Positions 1-9,535 are shown, numbered from the stretch's first letter. The stretch is 64,000 nt of DNA from Candidatus Dadabacteria bacterium (GCA_963805855.1 CAWDVW010000007.1:64001-128000); one strand, 5' to 3'. Translations and numbers: made by a program. Notes: generated from the sequence alone by a model not told the origin.

Positions 1-714
1 GTCAGAAATGCACTTAATTCTGCGACGAGAGAGGAGCTTGCAATCGCCATCGAGGATGCGTGGGTAGACGACAATATCGGAGTAATAGTTCTCACGGGGG
101 CAGGGGATAAGGCATTTTCGGCCGGTGGCGATCTGTCCTGGATTGTTGATCCTAAAAAGAAGGTTGACGCAAAATTCATGCTTGTTCACTACCGGCTTGC
201 GAATGCAATGAGAAATTGCGGGAAGCCGATTATTGCCAGGGTGAATGGTTATTGTGTCGGTGGCGGGAATGAGCTTAACATGCTATGCGACCTGACAATC
301 GCATCTGAGGATTCAATCTTTGCACAAGCTGGTCCTTTGGTGGGTAGTGCCCCTATATGGTATGGATTGCAGCAGCTCCAACATTCCGTCGGTGACAAAA
401 AAGCCAGAGAGGTTGTTTATCTATGTAATCGATATTCCGCCAAAGAGGCTATGGAAATGGGTTGGGTCAACACGGTTGTTCCAAAGGAAAAGCTCGATGA
501 GGAGGTTGATGCCTGGTGCGAGAGGCTGCTTCAGATGAGCAGGCAGTCGCTGAGGATCGCAAAGTTTCAGATTAACTTTGCTTCTGATATGGCACACCCT
601 CAAATCACGCACGGTCTGGAGCTCGCACGATTCTTTATGAAGGCTCCAGAGATGGTCGAGGGGGCCAAAGCATTCTTGGAGAAGCGCAAGCCGGATTTCT
701 GGAACGTCGACTGA
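1..714 (+). CDS. Enoyl-CoA hydratase/crotonase-family protein (MenB/BadI/Oah-like), 5' end outside window
   Basis: Frame open from base 1 (VRNALNSATREEL...VIVLTGAGDKAFSAGGDL), then NGYCVGGGNELNMLCDL and C-terminal AFLEKRKPDF, all crotonase motifs. Confidence 0.85.
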   Translation, partial: VRNALNSATREELAIAIEDAWVDDNIGVIVLTGAGDKAFSAGGDLSWIVDPKKKVDAKFMLVHYRLANAMRNCGKPIIARVNGYCVGGGNELNMLCDLTIASEDSIFAQAGPLVGSAPIWYGLQQLQHSVGDKKAREVVYLCNRYSAKEAMEMGWVNTVVPKEKLDEEVDAWCERLLQMSRQSLRIAKFQINFASDMAHPQITHGLELARFFMKAPEMVEGAKAFLEKRKPDFWNVD

Positions 715-727
715 AGAATTATTCCAG

Positions 728-806
728 ATGCAAGATTTAAGGGAGCGGATACTATCCTGCATCTTGCATCCTGCATCATGTATCGTGCATCATGTATCGT
801 GCATCA
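728..806. repeat. Heptamer tandem repeat (ATCNTGY)x7 with short inverted copy upstream
   Basis: atcctgc atcttgc atcctgc atcatgt atcgtgc atcatgt atcgtgc at 754-802; inverted gatgcaagat at 728-737. Confidence 0.85.
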
Positions 807-807
807 T

Positions 808-1740
808 TCATTTGAATGCCGGGATAACTTCTTTAGCAAACAAGCGTAGCGTATCAGGGTTCATATAGTCTGAAAAGAATATAGTATATTTGACTATTCC
901 CCTATTGGCGTTATCTTCGATCTTTTTTATACACTGGTCCGGGGTTCCTATAATTCCAAATTTTTCAATATCTCCGAAGAATCCATATCTTTTTTTGGCA
1001 ATTGGGATTTTTTCTTCTAGCTCCTTTTTATCTTTAGCAATTACGCAAATTGTCTGCTGAGATATCTTAATGTTATTTATGTCTCGACCTATGTCAGAGC
1101 AGCGTTTCTTTAGTGCGGCAAGCTTACGATCATACTCAAGGGCATTTGTGCCGGGGCAATTCCACTCATCCGCCAGCTCAGCGGCAGCACGAAGCAAATA
1201 CTTCTCGCCTCCCCCGCCAATTATAATAGGGGGATGTGGTTTTTGAACGGGTTTTGGGTTGCAATATGCATCAACGATTTGATAGTGTTTACCATTGAAT
1301 GTGGCTTTTTCTTCTGTCCACATAGATCTTATTATCTTTACCGATTCTTTCATTTGTTCGATCCTGGTTTTCGTATCCGGGAAATCATAGCCGTAGGCTT
1401 TGTATTCGGGTTCAAACCAACCGGCTCCAACTGCAAACTCTAGTCTTCCATTGCTAATTACATCAAGTGTCGCTCCCATCTTTGCAAGAAGCGAAGGATG
1501 TCTAAATGAGTTGCACAATACCAAAGTTCCGATTCTCACCTGTGAGGTAACGGTTGAGAGAGCGGACATCATAGTCCATGCCTCATAGATATCGAGGTCT
1601 ATGGCCCCCATTCCGAGAATGTGATCATAGAACCAAATCGAGTGGAAACCGAGCTGATCACACAGCTCGGCAGCCTCTCTAATTTTTGAGAAATCAATTT
1701 TCTGCTGTCGTAGCATAACTCCGAAATCAATTTTAGCCAT
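808..1740 (-). CDS. LLM-class (luciferase-like, probably F420-dependent) oxidoreductase
   Basis: GFHSIWFYDH, RIGTLV, RHPSLLAKMGATLDVISNGRLEFAVGAGW, PKPVQKPHPPIIIGGGGEK motifs. Confidence 0.85.
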   Translation of the reverse strand: MAKIDFGVMLRQQKIDFSKIREAAELCDQLGFHSIWFYDHILGMGAIDLDIYEAWTMMSALSTVTSQVRIGTLVLCNSFRHPSLLAKMGATLDVISNGRLEFAVGAGWFEPEYKAYGYDFPDTKTRIEQMKESVKIIRSMWTEEKATFNGKHYQIVDAYCNPKPVQKPHPPIIIGGGGEKYLLRAAAELADEWNCPGTNALEYDRKLAALKKRCSDIGRDINNIKISQQTICVIAKDKKELEEKIPIAKKRYGFFGDIEKFGIIGTPDQCIKKIEDNANRGIVKYTIFFSDYMNPDTLRLFAKEVIPAFK

Positions 1741-1903
1741 TCTAAGTCACCCTATCCTTTATGCTAGTTGACGAGACCTTTCACTTTAACAGAGTGATAC
1801 AGTTCAATCAACATCTCGAGTAAAATGGATCAATATATGAGTTTGACACATTGAACAATATGGATTAATTTTACAGGCAATTCATTCTGAAACGGGAGAG
1901 AAT

Positions 1904-2629
1904 ATGCACAAAAAGGATCATCTGAAAAGAACCTTATCACCCCTTTCTATAATGTTTGGTATCCCTCATTTTAAAATCGTGATTGCATTGTTTTTAGTCC
2001 CGGCTCTCATGTTTGTCGCGGGTTGTGAAAGAAAGGGATCGGATAAGGGTGAACCGGAACAGGGTACACAGGGTCAGGAAGCAAAAGGAGAGAATAGCAC
2101 AAAAACCACCAGTACTAAGGGAGGTAATCCTATGGTCCTGATGTCTACGTCAATGGGCGATATTAAGATTGAACTCTATCCTGATAAGGCACCTATCACT
2201 GTAGAGAATCTTCTGGGCTATGTAAGGGATGGCTTTTATGATGGAACAATATTTCATCGCGTCATCCCAGGTTTTATGGTTCAGGGGGGCGGTTTTACCC
2301 CTGATATGAATCAGAAGCCGACAAAAGCCCCAATTAAAAACGAAGCGGATAATAGGCTGAAGAATGACAAGGGTACCATTGCAATGGCGCGGACAAACGT
2401 TGTTGACAGCGCGACTTCACAGTTTTTTATAAACCAGGCTAACAATGATTTTCTGAACCATAGCTCAAGAGACTTTGGTTATACCGTGTTTGGAAAGGTT
2501 GTTGAAGGAATGGATGTTGTCGACAGTATAGCCGCGGCAAGAACGGGATCGGTCGGGATGTTCCAGGATGTACCCGAAGAGGCAATCGTGATAAAATCCG
2601 TGAAGGTTGTGGGACCTGAAGCCCAATAA
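1904..2629 (+). CDS. Cyclophilin-type peptidyl-prolyl cis-trans isomerase with N-terminal lipoprotein signal
   Basis: [44 protein letters not shown]; hydrophobic stretch ending in lipobox VAGC. Confidence 0.92.
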   Translation: MHKKDHLKRTLSPLSIMFGIPHFKIVIALFLVPALMFVAGCERKGSDKGEPEQGTQGQEAKGENSTKTTSTKGGNPMVLMSTSMGDIKIELYPDKAPITVENLLGYVRDGFYDGTIFHRVIPGFMVQGGGFTPDMNQKPTKAPIKNEADNRLKNDKGTIAMARTNVVDSATSQFFINQANNDFLNHSSRDFGYTVFGKVVEGMDVVDSIAAARTGSVGMFQDVPEEAIVIKSVKVVGPEAQ

Positions 2630-2709
2630 TTACCGATATGAATCCCGTCACCGTTCGTCAAATTATGTTCTAGACTGACAGGTGTCGTCAGGTAATATTC
2701 CAATCAGTA

Positions 2710-3750
2710 ATGGCAAAACTTACATATAAGACAGCGGGCGTCGACATCGATGCCGGAAACTCTTTTGTCGAGTTAATTAAGCCGCTTGCTAAAAAGACGT
2801 ATAAATCCAATGTTATTGGGAAGATTGGCGATTTTTCGGGGTCATACGTTTTCCCGATAGATAGGTATAAGAACCCCGTTCTTGTCGCGTCTACCGATGG
2901 TGTTGGAACGAAGCTCAAAATCGCTATATTGGCTGGAAAACTTGATACCATTGGAATAGATCTCGTTGCAATGAATGTAAACGATATAGTTACCAGCGGG
3001 GCTGAGCCACTCTTTTTCCTCGATTATTTGGCTACATCAAAGCTCAATCCAGATGACGGGGTCGAGATTATCAAAGGCATAGTTAAGGGCTGTAATGAAG
3101 CTGGGTGTGTTCTTCTTGGCGGTGAGACAGCTGAGATGCCTGGATTCTACAAGAAGAGTGAGTTTGATTTGGCGGGGTTCGCGATCGGAGTGGTAGAGAG
3201 AGACGAAATAGTAGATGGCTCGAGGGTAAGGCCGGGAGATATTGTAATCGGGATGTCTTCTAGTGGTCTCCATTCAAACGGATATTCGTTAGCAAGAAAG
3301 GTTCTTCTCGACAAGAAGAAGCTTAGTCTAACAGATAGACCTAGACCCCTGAAGGATCGTGTTGGAGATGAACTATTAAAACCTACACGGATTTACGTAA
3401 AAGCAGTGCTCAGCCTTAAAAAAAATCACGATATTCACGCAATTGCCCATATTACCGGAGGGGGACTCATAGAGAATGTTCCGAGGGTTGTTCCCAAAGA
3501 TTGTGCGGTAGTTATAGATTCCTCCCTTTGGAAGCTCCCCCCAATTTTTGAGTTGATTAAGGAATTTGGTCATATAGAAAGAGACGAAATGTTTAGAACC
3601 TTTAACTGTGGAATCGGTATGGTACTGGTCGTATTAAAAGAGCAAGCAGATGGGGTCTTAAGAAAACTCAAAAGGTTCGGAGGAGAATCTATGGTTATTG
3701 GCGAGATCAAAAAGTTGAAAAGGGGACAGTCTCAAATCGTAATAACCTAG
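2710..3750 (+). CDS. purM: Phosphoribosylformylglycinamidine cyclo-ligase (AIR synthetase)
   Basis: YKTAGVDIDAG, STDGVGTK, GAEPLFFLDY, GGETAEMPG, SSGLHSNGYSL, AHITGGG, TFNCGIGM. Confidence 0.97.
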   Translation: MAKLTYKTAGVDIDAGNSFVELIKPLAKKTYKSNVIGKIGDFSGSYVFPIDRYKNPVLVASTDGVGTKLKIAILAGKLDTIGIDLVAMNVNDIVTSGAEPLFFLDYLATSKLNPDDGVEIIKGIVKGCNEAGCVLLGGETAEMPGFYKKSEFDLAGFAIGVVERDEIVDGSRVRPGDIVIGMSSSGLHSNGYSLARKVLLDKKKLSLTDRPRPLKDRVGDELLKPTRIYVKAVLSLKKNHDIHAIAHITGGGLIENVPRVVPKDCAVVIDSSLWKLPPIFELIKEFGHIERDEMFRTFNCGIGMVLVVLKEQADGVLRKLKRFGGESMVIGEIKKLKRGQSQIVIT

Positions 3751-3779
3751 GATCATAGTATTAAATTCCGATGAAACTA

Positions 3780-4700
3780 TTATCTAATACTCCATCCAAA
3801 GCTGTATCTGAATATCGCCCTTATATTTAATCTTTCCAATTGCCAGCTTTGCGGAAATGGACTAAAGGGTGCGGCTACCCTTATTGCCCTTATGGCCTCG
3901 TCATCCAGTCGCCTGAAGCCCGATGTATCTAATAATTTTACGTCTTCAAGATATCCGTCGCTTCTGATCGTGAATACGAGCAGTAACTCTCCCTGTTCTC
4001 CCTTCATGCGAGATGCTTCAGGGTAATTCCAGACTCCCTCGATTTGCCTTTTAAGCTTTAGGAAATAAGAAAGGTACCTGAATTCCGTTGTGTTTAAGTC
4101 AACTGTATCCTCTTTCTTATTTACGTCCCGGGCTCCAAAAAAATCCCTAGAGCTCTTTCGCTCTTGTGCGAATTGGCTCGGAGAAGAGTTAAAAAGCTGT
4201 TCTTTGGAAATCTCAGGGGTTTTGTTTTGCTCTAACTCCTTTTTGGGCATCTCCGACTCCTTTAATATCTCTTTAGGAGCAGATGCAATCTTAGTCGATT
4301 TCTTTCTGGGCTCTTGTTTTTTTGGTTTCTCTTGTTTTTTCTCTACCTGTGGTTGCTTTCGCTGCGGCGCCTGCTGGGGCTGGGGTATTTGGGCGGTGCT
4401 TCCCCTTTTTGTGAAATCATCCCTGGTCTTTTCCTCAACTGCTTCATGCGATCTTTCCGCTAAGCGTTTTAGCTCCTTTGGCGGTTTGGTCTCCTTCTCC
4501 TTTGGTACAGGTAATTCGGTTATCTCTATGAACTTAGGTTTTTCTTTCAGGGCTTCTACTTGTTTATTTTGTATGTAGACCTGGGAGATAGCTACAATCA
4601 GAAAAATGAGGATATGAAGGACGATAGATGCTATAATGAAAGTTATAGTTAATCTTTTTGAACGTCTCCCCCTTGAGCGTTTTTTGTCAACAGAATTCAC
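3780..4700 (-). CDS. TonB/TolA-family energy transducer
   Basis: N-terminal TM helix with SxxxH (SIVLH), Pro/Lys/Glu-rich linker, C-terminal WNYPEAS...SGFRRLDDEAIRAI. Confidence 0.85.
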   Translation of the reverse strand: MNSVDKKRSRGRRSKRLTITFIIASIVLHILIFLIVAISQVYIQNKQVEALKEKPKFIEITELPVPKEKETKPPKELKRLAERSHEAVEEKTRDDFTKRGSTAQIPQPQQAPQRKQPQVEKKQEKPKKQEPRKKSTKIASAPKEILKESEMPKKELEQNKTPEISKEQLFNSSPSQFAQERKSSRDFFGARDVNKKEDTVDLNTTEFRYLSYFLKLKRQIEGVWNYPEASRMKGEQGELLLVFTIRSDGYLEDVKLLDTSGFRRLDDEAIRAIRVAAPFSPFPQSWQLERLNIRAIFRYSFGWSIR

Positions 4701-4909
4701 GCCTTATATAATAACATCCTGGCAACCTGATTGCTATCTTTTACTACGATTATTATAAGTTTCATCTTTAATTGTGCGCCTATACCCACTGCTTTCTGTA
4801 GGCTTATTCATCAAGTGTAGGTCGGAGATCGCTTCGATATCCTCGTGATGACACCCAGACCTACCGTCCTGATGTTATTCGCTTTCCTCCGTGCAGTGTC
4901 AACATTTTC

Positions 4910-5162
4910 TACTAAGAGTCTCAACATAAACCCGATCGCACTGAGTTTATCGAAGTGCGAGTAATGGCCCTTCGACTGGGCTCAGGGCACACGGGTTCAG
5001 GGTTTCCAATGTTAGGGCAATCGAATTTATGACAGCTCTCAAATGACTGCTTTTTCCTGCTTTGAGATTGCTTCGCCTCCTTCGACCTAGTTTAGTACTC
5101 CTCGCGGCAGCTTAAGAGAGTATCTGTTTGTGTGCTGATACCATGAAGCCTGCTGCAGGGTT
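4910..5162. repeat. Cluster of REP-like palindromes (CACTGAGTTTATCGAAGTG, CCCTTCGACTGGGCTCAGGG, CCTGCTGCAGGG types)
   Basis: Same motifs recur at 13620-13945, 20749-20830, 22325-22490 and 7364-7920. Confidence 0.7.
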
Positions 5163-5163
5163 A

Positions 5164-5982
5164 TTAATCTTCAATTCCAAGTAGCTCTAACACTGAACGA
5201 TTCCAACCGACGGGTCCTACACCATCAGCATAAATCAAATTATCAAGCACTATTCTTTGATCGTATTTCCCATCAGGTTTCTGAACTAAGATGGGTATGT
5301 CGACAACCTCAAGCATTGGAAAATCATTCAAGCTATCTCCCAATCCCGCGCAGTTTAGGTCAGAAAATCGGTTTTTGAATATTTGTAATAATATCTTGAC
5401 CGCCTTTCCCTTGTCATTCTTGCCCATAATGTGATGAAATATAGCACCCTGGGTGTAATTAAAACCCCTTCCAGTTATCTCTTCTCTTATGGTTTCAGCT
5501 ACTTTATCATTTCCGAATATGATGAACGGCTCATCGTATTCTCGCATCTTCGATAGCTTTGCCAACCTGGGATCGAGGCCCGTATATTCGGAAATTTCGG
5601 ATATCTTCATCTCTGAAAAGGACTTGAGTTTTATGCCGGTGTCATTCCTTATCGATTTTAATACTTCAACTAGCGTATCGTACTTTGTCCCAAGCACTAT
5701 AACCTTGTAGTCATTCGTCTTTGTATCATAGTCAAAACTGTTAGTATCGTAATCTCGAGGAACGTAGATTCCGCCTCCATTTTCTGAAATGAATGGATGG
5801 CGGTTGCCGGTGAGCTCCCTGTATATTTCTATCTCGGGCCTGGTTTTACTCGAGCAGAATATCAGGGGGATATTTCTCAGCTTAAGGGCATTCAAGGCAG
5901 GTTTTGCCGCTTCGAATGAATATGTTTTATGGTCGAGTAAGGTCCCGTCCAGGTCGGAAAATATTAAGAACTGTCTATTCAT
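5164..5982 (-). CDS. HAD-IIB phosphatase, glucosyl/mannosyl-3-phosphoglycerate phosphatase (GpgP/MpgP/YedP-like)
   Basis: DLDGTLLD, CSSKT, PFISENG, REYDEPF, GDSLNDFPML; start placed at the ATG overlapping the upstream stop by 8 bp. Confidence 0.88.
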   Translation of the reverse strand: MNRQFLIFSDLDGTLLDHKTYSFEAAKPALNALKLRNIPLIFCSSKTRPEIEIYRELTGNRHPFISENGGGIYVPRDYDTNSFDYDTKTNDYKVIVLGTKYDTLVEVLKSIRNDTGIKLKSFSEMKISEISEYTGLDPRLAKLSKMREYDEPFIIFGNDKVAETIREEITGRGFNYTQGAIFHHIMGKNDKGKAVKILLQIFKNRFSDLNCAGLGDSLNDFPMLEVVDIPILVQKPDGKYDQRIVLDNLIYADGVGPVGWNRSVLELLGIED

Positions 5983-7183
5983 TATCTTCATCAACTGCCA
6001 TACGCAGCTGGTCAAGAATATCTGGAATAGCAGAGGTCACCCTATTCCAATTTGGTATCAATGGAGAACCCAGCGGATCCTCAACGAAACTTTTGCTTGC
6101 AGTTCTCAATCCTCTTACAAAGGTCTCCACTGCTGATCCTTCGTCATGTCTATCAAATAATAGGTCATTAATTATTGCATCATCGCTATACCTTTTTATC
6201 GCGTCCTGCGCGGTCCTTAAATAGGTCGAGAGTAAGGCGCTGAAAAAGCCATCTGAGAAAATCACGCCCTCTGATGCAAGCATCCTGAAAAGGCTTTTCG
6301 ATATATCTATGCACATCTTCAACAGACCGCCTTCCGGGTTATCCGAGGAGAGGTTCTGGTGTTTATGCTCATAATTGTCGCATAGATCAGCTTGACAAAT
6401 TCTTTTGGGAGACACGTTTCTAAATACCTCTGCCAACACTCCAACCTCCAAACCCCAGTCCGACGGTATACGGTTTACCCTCGCCAGGTCAACGTCCATT
6501 GAGAATTCTCCTGCTAGCGGATATCTGAAACTGTCAAGGTATACCAAAAATGGCAAATAGCCGAGAATCTTTTGCAAGGACCTTATTATTGGAGTTATAA
6601 ACAGCCTTGTTACTCTACCATACATTCTGTCTGTCACCCTCTGATAGTAACCTTTGCAAAATTCATATCCGAGGTTTGGGTTTGCTACAGGATAGCAGAG
6701 CCTCGCCAATAGTTCCCTGCTGTAACTCAGTATATCGCAGTCGTGAAGGGTTATCACTTCGCTCGATTCCTCAGCTAGTACATATCCGTAGGCGATCCAG
6801 GCTGCCCTCCCTTTGCCCGCCTCACCCAAAAAGAGACCGTTCTCTTCTAAAAGTGTAAAAATGGATTTTATTCTGTCACCGTCGTTCCATAATATTTTAA
6901 TTTTTTGAGGAAGAACCGAAAAAAATTCCTTTGCATGCTTGAACTCGTCCTCATTAGCATTGCCAAGGGTCACCACTACCTCATTCAGGTAATTCACCTG
7001 CCCGAGTTCCCTGACAATCTTTTTCAGCGCCTTCCCCTGCAATTCAGAATATAAGCTTGGTAGTATAAGGGCGATCGGACTGTGTCTAGAATATTCTTTT
7101 AGTTCCTCTTCCAGCGTTTCAACATTGTTTTTCCTCAGCCTGTGAAGGGTAGAAATTGCTTCTGTCTGGTAGAAATCTCCCAT
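5975..7183 (-). CDS. Glucosyl-3-phosphoglycerate synthase-like glycosyltransferase (GpgS type)
   Basis: MGDFYQ start, GKGRAAW, HDCDI, FCKGYY, GRVTRLF, YPLAGEF, DWGLEVG, YEHKHQ, PNWNRV; coupled to the phosphatase gene. Confidence 0.8.
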   Translation of the reverse strand: MGDFYQTEAISTLHRLRKNNVETLEEELKEYSRHSPIALILPSLYSELQGKALKKIVRELGQVNYLNEVVVTLGNANEDEFKHAKEFFSVLPQKIKILWNDGDRIKSIFTLLEENGLFLGEAGKGRAAWIAYGYVLAEESSEVITLHDCDILSYSRELLARLCYPVANPNLGYEFCKGYYQRVTDRMYGRVTRLFITPIIRSLQKILGYLPFLVYLDSFRYPLAGEFSMDVDLARVNRIPSDWGLEVGVLAEVFRNVSPKRICQADLCDNYEHKHQNLSSDNPEGGLLKMCIDISKSLFRMLASEGVIFSDGFFSALLSTYLRTAQDAIKRYSDDAIINDLLFDRHDEGSAVETFVRGLRTASKSFVEDPLGSPLIPNWNRVTSAIPDILDQLRMAVDEDNE

Positions 7184-7410
7184 CTTAGTACCCCGTTCTT
7201 TTATTAGGTTATTAAATAAGCTAAATCAACATCGGAAGGTTTAAATCTAACATAATAAGTTTCTAAGAGTCAATTAACCGCATCAGACTCCGTTTGGGTA
7301 AATGATTAAAATCCGGTACTCAGGCAAAATGAATTGTTATTTTAGAAACGACAGGTTAACTAGTGAATTCCCTGCAGCTTGATGCAGGATTTCCCGTGGC
7401 TTGTGATTGC

Positions 7411-7855
7411 TGTAGATGTTACATAATTCGGGAAAAGTATCTTAGGTCTTAAATGGGCATTCAAAAAATTTCCAAAATCAATTCCGGAAGCGTTAAAAAA
7501 AGTGACAAAGATTACTGTCAAACTCGAAGGAATCCTTCGACGGAATACGGGCTCGATGAAAACTCAATCTTCAGACCGCCTATTGTCATTTCGAGCGGAG
7601 CGAGAAATCTTTCCGTTGTCTTTGTTTTTGCCAACCTAACTACAAGATCTCTCACATGCGTTCGAGATGACACCTTTTTTTTTGTCAGCCCTTGTCCTGA
7701 GCACAGTCGAAGGGTTGTGTCTTTGTATCAAGACAAAGAAAATAAAAAATTAAACCATGGATCCCTGATAAAAAAGTTCGAGGATGACGGAAGAGTAAAT
7801 TTCCAGGAAATTATCTATTTTTAGGATTTTGTCAACTAAATATCTAACATCTACA
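7411..7855. mobile_element. Non-autonomous MITE copy 1 with TGTAGATGT...ACATCTACA ends, containing inserted REP elements
   Basis: Ends tgtagatgttacataatt and taaatatctaacatctaca; body matches the reverse complement of 24219-24561. Confidence 0.75.
7584..7672. repeat. REPIN-like palindromic element (TGTCATTTCGAGC...GTTCGAGATGACA)
   Basis: Inverted ends; homologous to the reverse complement of 24134-24218. Confidence 0.75.
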
Positions 7856-7922
7856 GCGATGACATCTGAGTGTTTCATTTTCAATTGTGATAAGCAGCAG
7901 CTTGCTGCAGGGAGTTTCATCA

Positions 7923-8510
7923 TCAAATAAGATACTTGATAATTATGAAGCCAACTAAAAGCAGTATGAAAAACAGTGTAACCAGAATATTAAAATATCG
8001 ATCGATAAATGTTTTGATTTGTTCACCGTAGAAGTAGATTAAGACTGCCTCTAAGAAAAACCTTCCCGATCTCCCGATAACAGATGCTAAAATTAGTATC
8101 ATTAAATTAATCTTGAAAACACCGGCTGTTATTGTAAACACTTTAAAGGGAATAGGTGTAAGTGCAGCGCCGAGAATTGCGATAAAGGCGTTTTGTTCGT
8201 ATTTTCCGCTGACGTACAGAAAGGCATTATGGCTGAAAACATAGGTAAAAAAAAAGTTATCAACAATTTCCCATAGACCCCATCCGATCATGTAACCAAA
8301 TATAGCGCCGAGGACAGACACTATGGAACATATTGCCGCATACCATAATGACCGCCTTGGCTTACCGAGGCAGAGTGCCATGAGGAGCGGGTCAGGAGGG
8401 ATAGGGAAAACGGATGCCTCCAGAAATGAAACGAGAGACATGGCAGGTACACCGTATTTAGTGTCTGCCCAGTGGAGGACCCAGTTATAAAGCTTCTTAA
8501 GCATGGGCAA
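7923..8510 (-). CDS. YqaA/DedA (VTT-domain) membrane protein
   Basis: SFLEASVFPIPPDPLL, TPIPFKVFTITAG, GRSGRFF; directly downstream of surE. Confidence 0.9.
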   Translation of the reverse strand: MPMLKKLYNWVLHWADTKYGVPAMSLVSFLEASVFPIPPDPLLMALCLGKPRRSLWYAAICSIVSVLGAIFGYMIGWGLWEIVDNFFFTYVFSHNAFLYVSGKYEQNAFIAILGAALTPIPFKVFTITAGVFKINLMILILASVIGRSGRFFLEAVLIYFYGEQIKTFIDRYFNILVTLFFILLLVGFIIIKYLI

Positions 8511-9264
8511 GGTTTTTGGTTATATCTTTGGTTAGGTTTTCAAGAAATTCATTGTCTGTAAGGTCTAATTTTATGGGCGTAACCGAGACAAAGCCCTCGC
8601 TAACTGCGACGAGATCAGAGTCCTCAATGCTTAAAAAACGGAGTTCATTCCCACCTATCCAGTAATACTTTCTTCCCCTTGGATCGATTTTCTCAACTAT
8701 TGGTTCTCCATATACACGCTTGCCCTGCTTAGTTACCCTGATTCCCTTAATGTTATCTTTGGGGAGATTGGGAACGTTTACATTCAGGAGTGTTCCAACC
8801 GGTAGGCCGTTCAGGATGACATATTTTGTCAATAAGTGGGCATAATAGGAGGCGGTGTCAAAGAGAAAATTTTGTTTGCTCGTCAGGGATATTGCTATTG
8901 ATGGAATTCCAAGAAGCGTTCCCTCCATGGCAGCGCTGACGGTACCTGAATATGTTATGTCGTCTCCAAGATTTTCCCCTTTGTTTATTCCGGAGACTAT
9001 TATGTTGGGCTTGTTTTCTTTAAGTAGACCGTTAATAGCGACATTAATGCAATCTGTCGGAGTTCCATCGACGCTGTATATATTCGCGCTGATCTCATCT
9101 ATTCTGAGTGGGCGATGTAGGGACAGCGCGTGACTTGCCGCGCTCTGTTCTCGATCGGGGGCAACAACGAAAATCTCTCCTAGCGCTTTAAGGCTATCGG
9201 CGAGTACATGGAGGCCTTCGGAGTTAATCCCGTCGTCATTAGATATAAGAATCCTTACTGACAT
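8497..9264 (-). CDS. surE: 5'/3'-nucleotidase SurE
   Basis: ILISNDDG, VAPDREQS, DGTPTDC, SGINKGENLG, YSGTVSAAMEG; start moved to MSVRILIS. Confidence 0.96.
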   Translation of the reverse strand: MSVRILISNDDGINSEGLHVLADSLKALGEIFVVAPDREQSAASHALSLHRPLRIDEISANIYSVDGTPTDCINVAINGLLKENKPNIIVSGINKGENLGDDITYSGTVSAAMEGTLLGIPSIAISLTSKQNFLFDTASYYAHLLTKYVILNGLPVGTLLNVNVPNLPKDNIKGIRVTKQGKRVYGEPIVEKIDPRGRKYYWIGGNELRFLSIEDSDLVAVSEGFVSVTPIKLDLTDNEFLENLTKDITKNLAHA

Positions 9265-9309
9265 ATAACTGTTTAGCCACAAATAAACGGCGACGTGCAA
9301 AAGTAAAAT

Positions 9310-9399
9310 GATGCACGATACATGATACATGATACACGATTTAAGGAAACAGATTTTATGCTGAATCCTGCATCATGCATCCTGCATACTGTATCATGC
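9310..9399. repeat. Inverted pair of heptamer arrays (GATNCAY)x4 ... (ATCNTGY)x5
   Basis: gatgcac gatacat gatacat gatacac, then a spacer, then atcctgc atcatgc atcctgc atactgt atcatgc. Confidence 0.8.
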
Positions 9400-9459
9400 T
9401 TCTATATTCGTATTCTTGTTTCTTAATTTCGGGTGGACAGGTATCTTGATTTTGATGAA

Positions 9460-9535
9460 TGGTCGGGGTGACTGGATTCGAACCAGCGACCCCCGGCCCC
9501 CCAGGCCGGTGCGCTACCAACTACGCTACACCCCG
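9460..9535 (-). tRNA. tRNA-Pro (anticodon GGG)
   Basis: Reverse complement CGGGGTGTAGCGTAGTTGGTAGCGCA CCGGC CT GGG GG GCCGG GGGTCGCTGGTTCGAATCCAGTCACCCCGACCA: cloverleaf, TTCGAA T-loop, encoded CCA. Confidence 0.96.

Noticed and set aside
7453-7824. 123-aa ORF, and similar ORFs at 11674-11929, 19550-19744, 20751-20948, 22299-22627, 23994-24450
   Set aside because: They lie entirely or mostly within MITE/REP sequence and show no protein-family motifs
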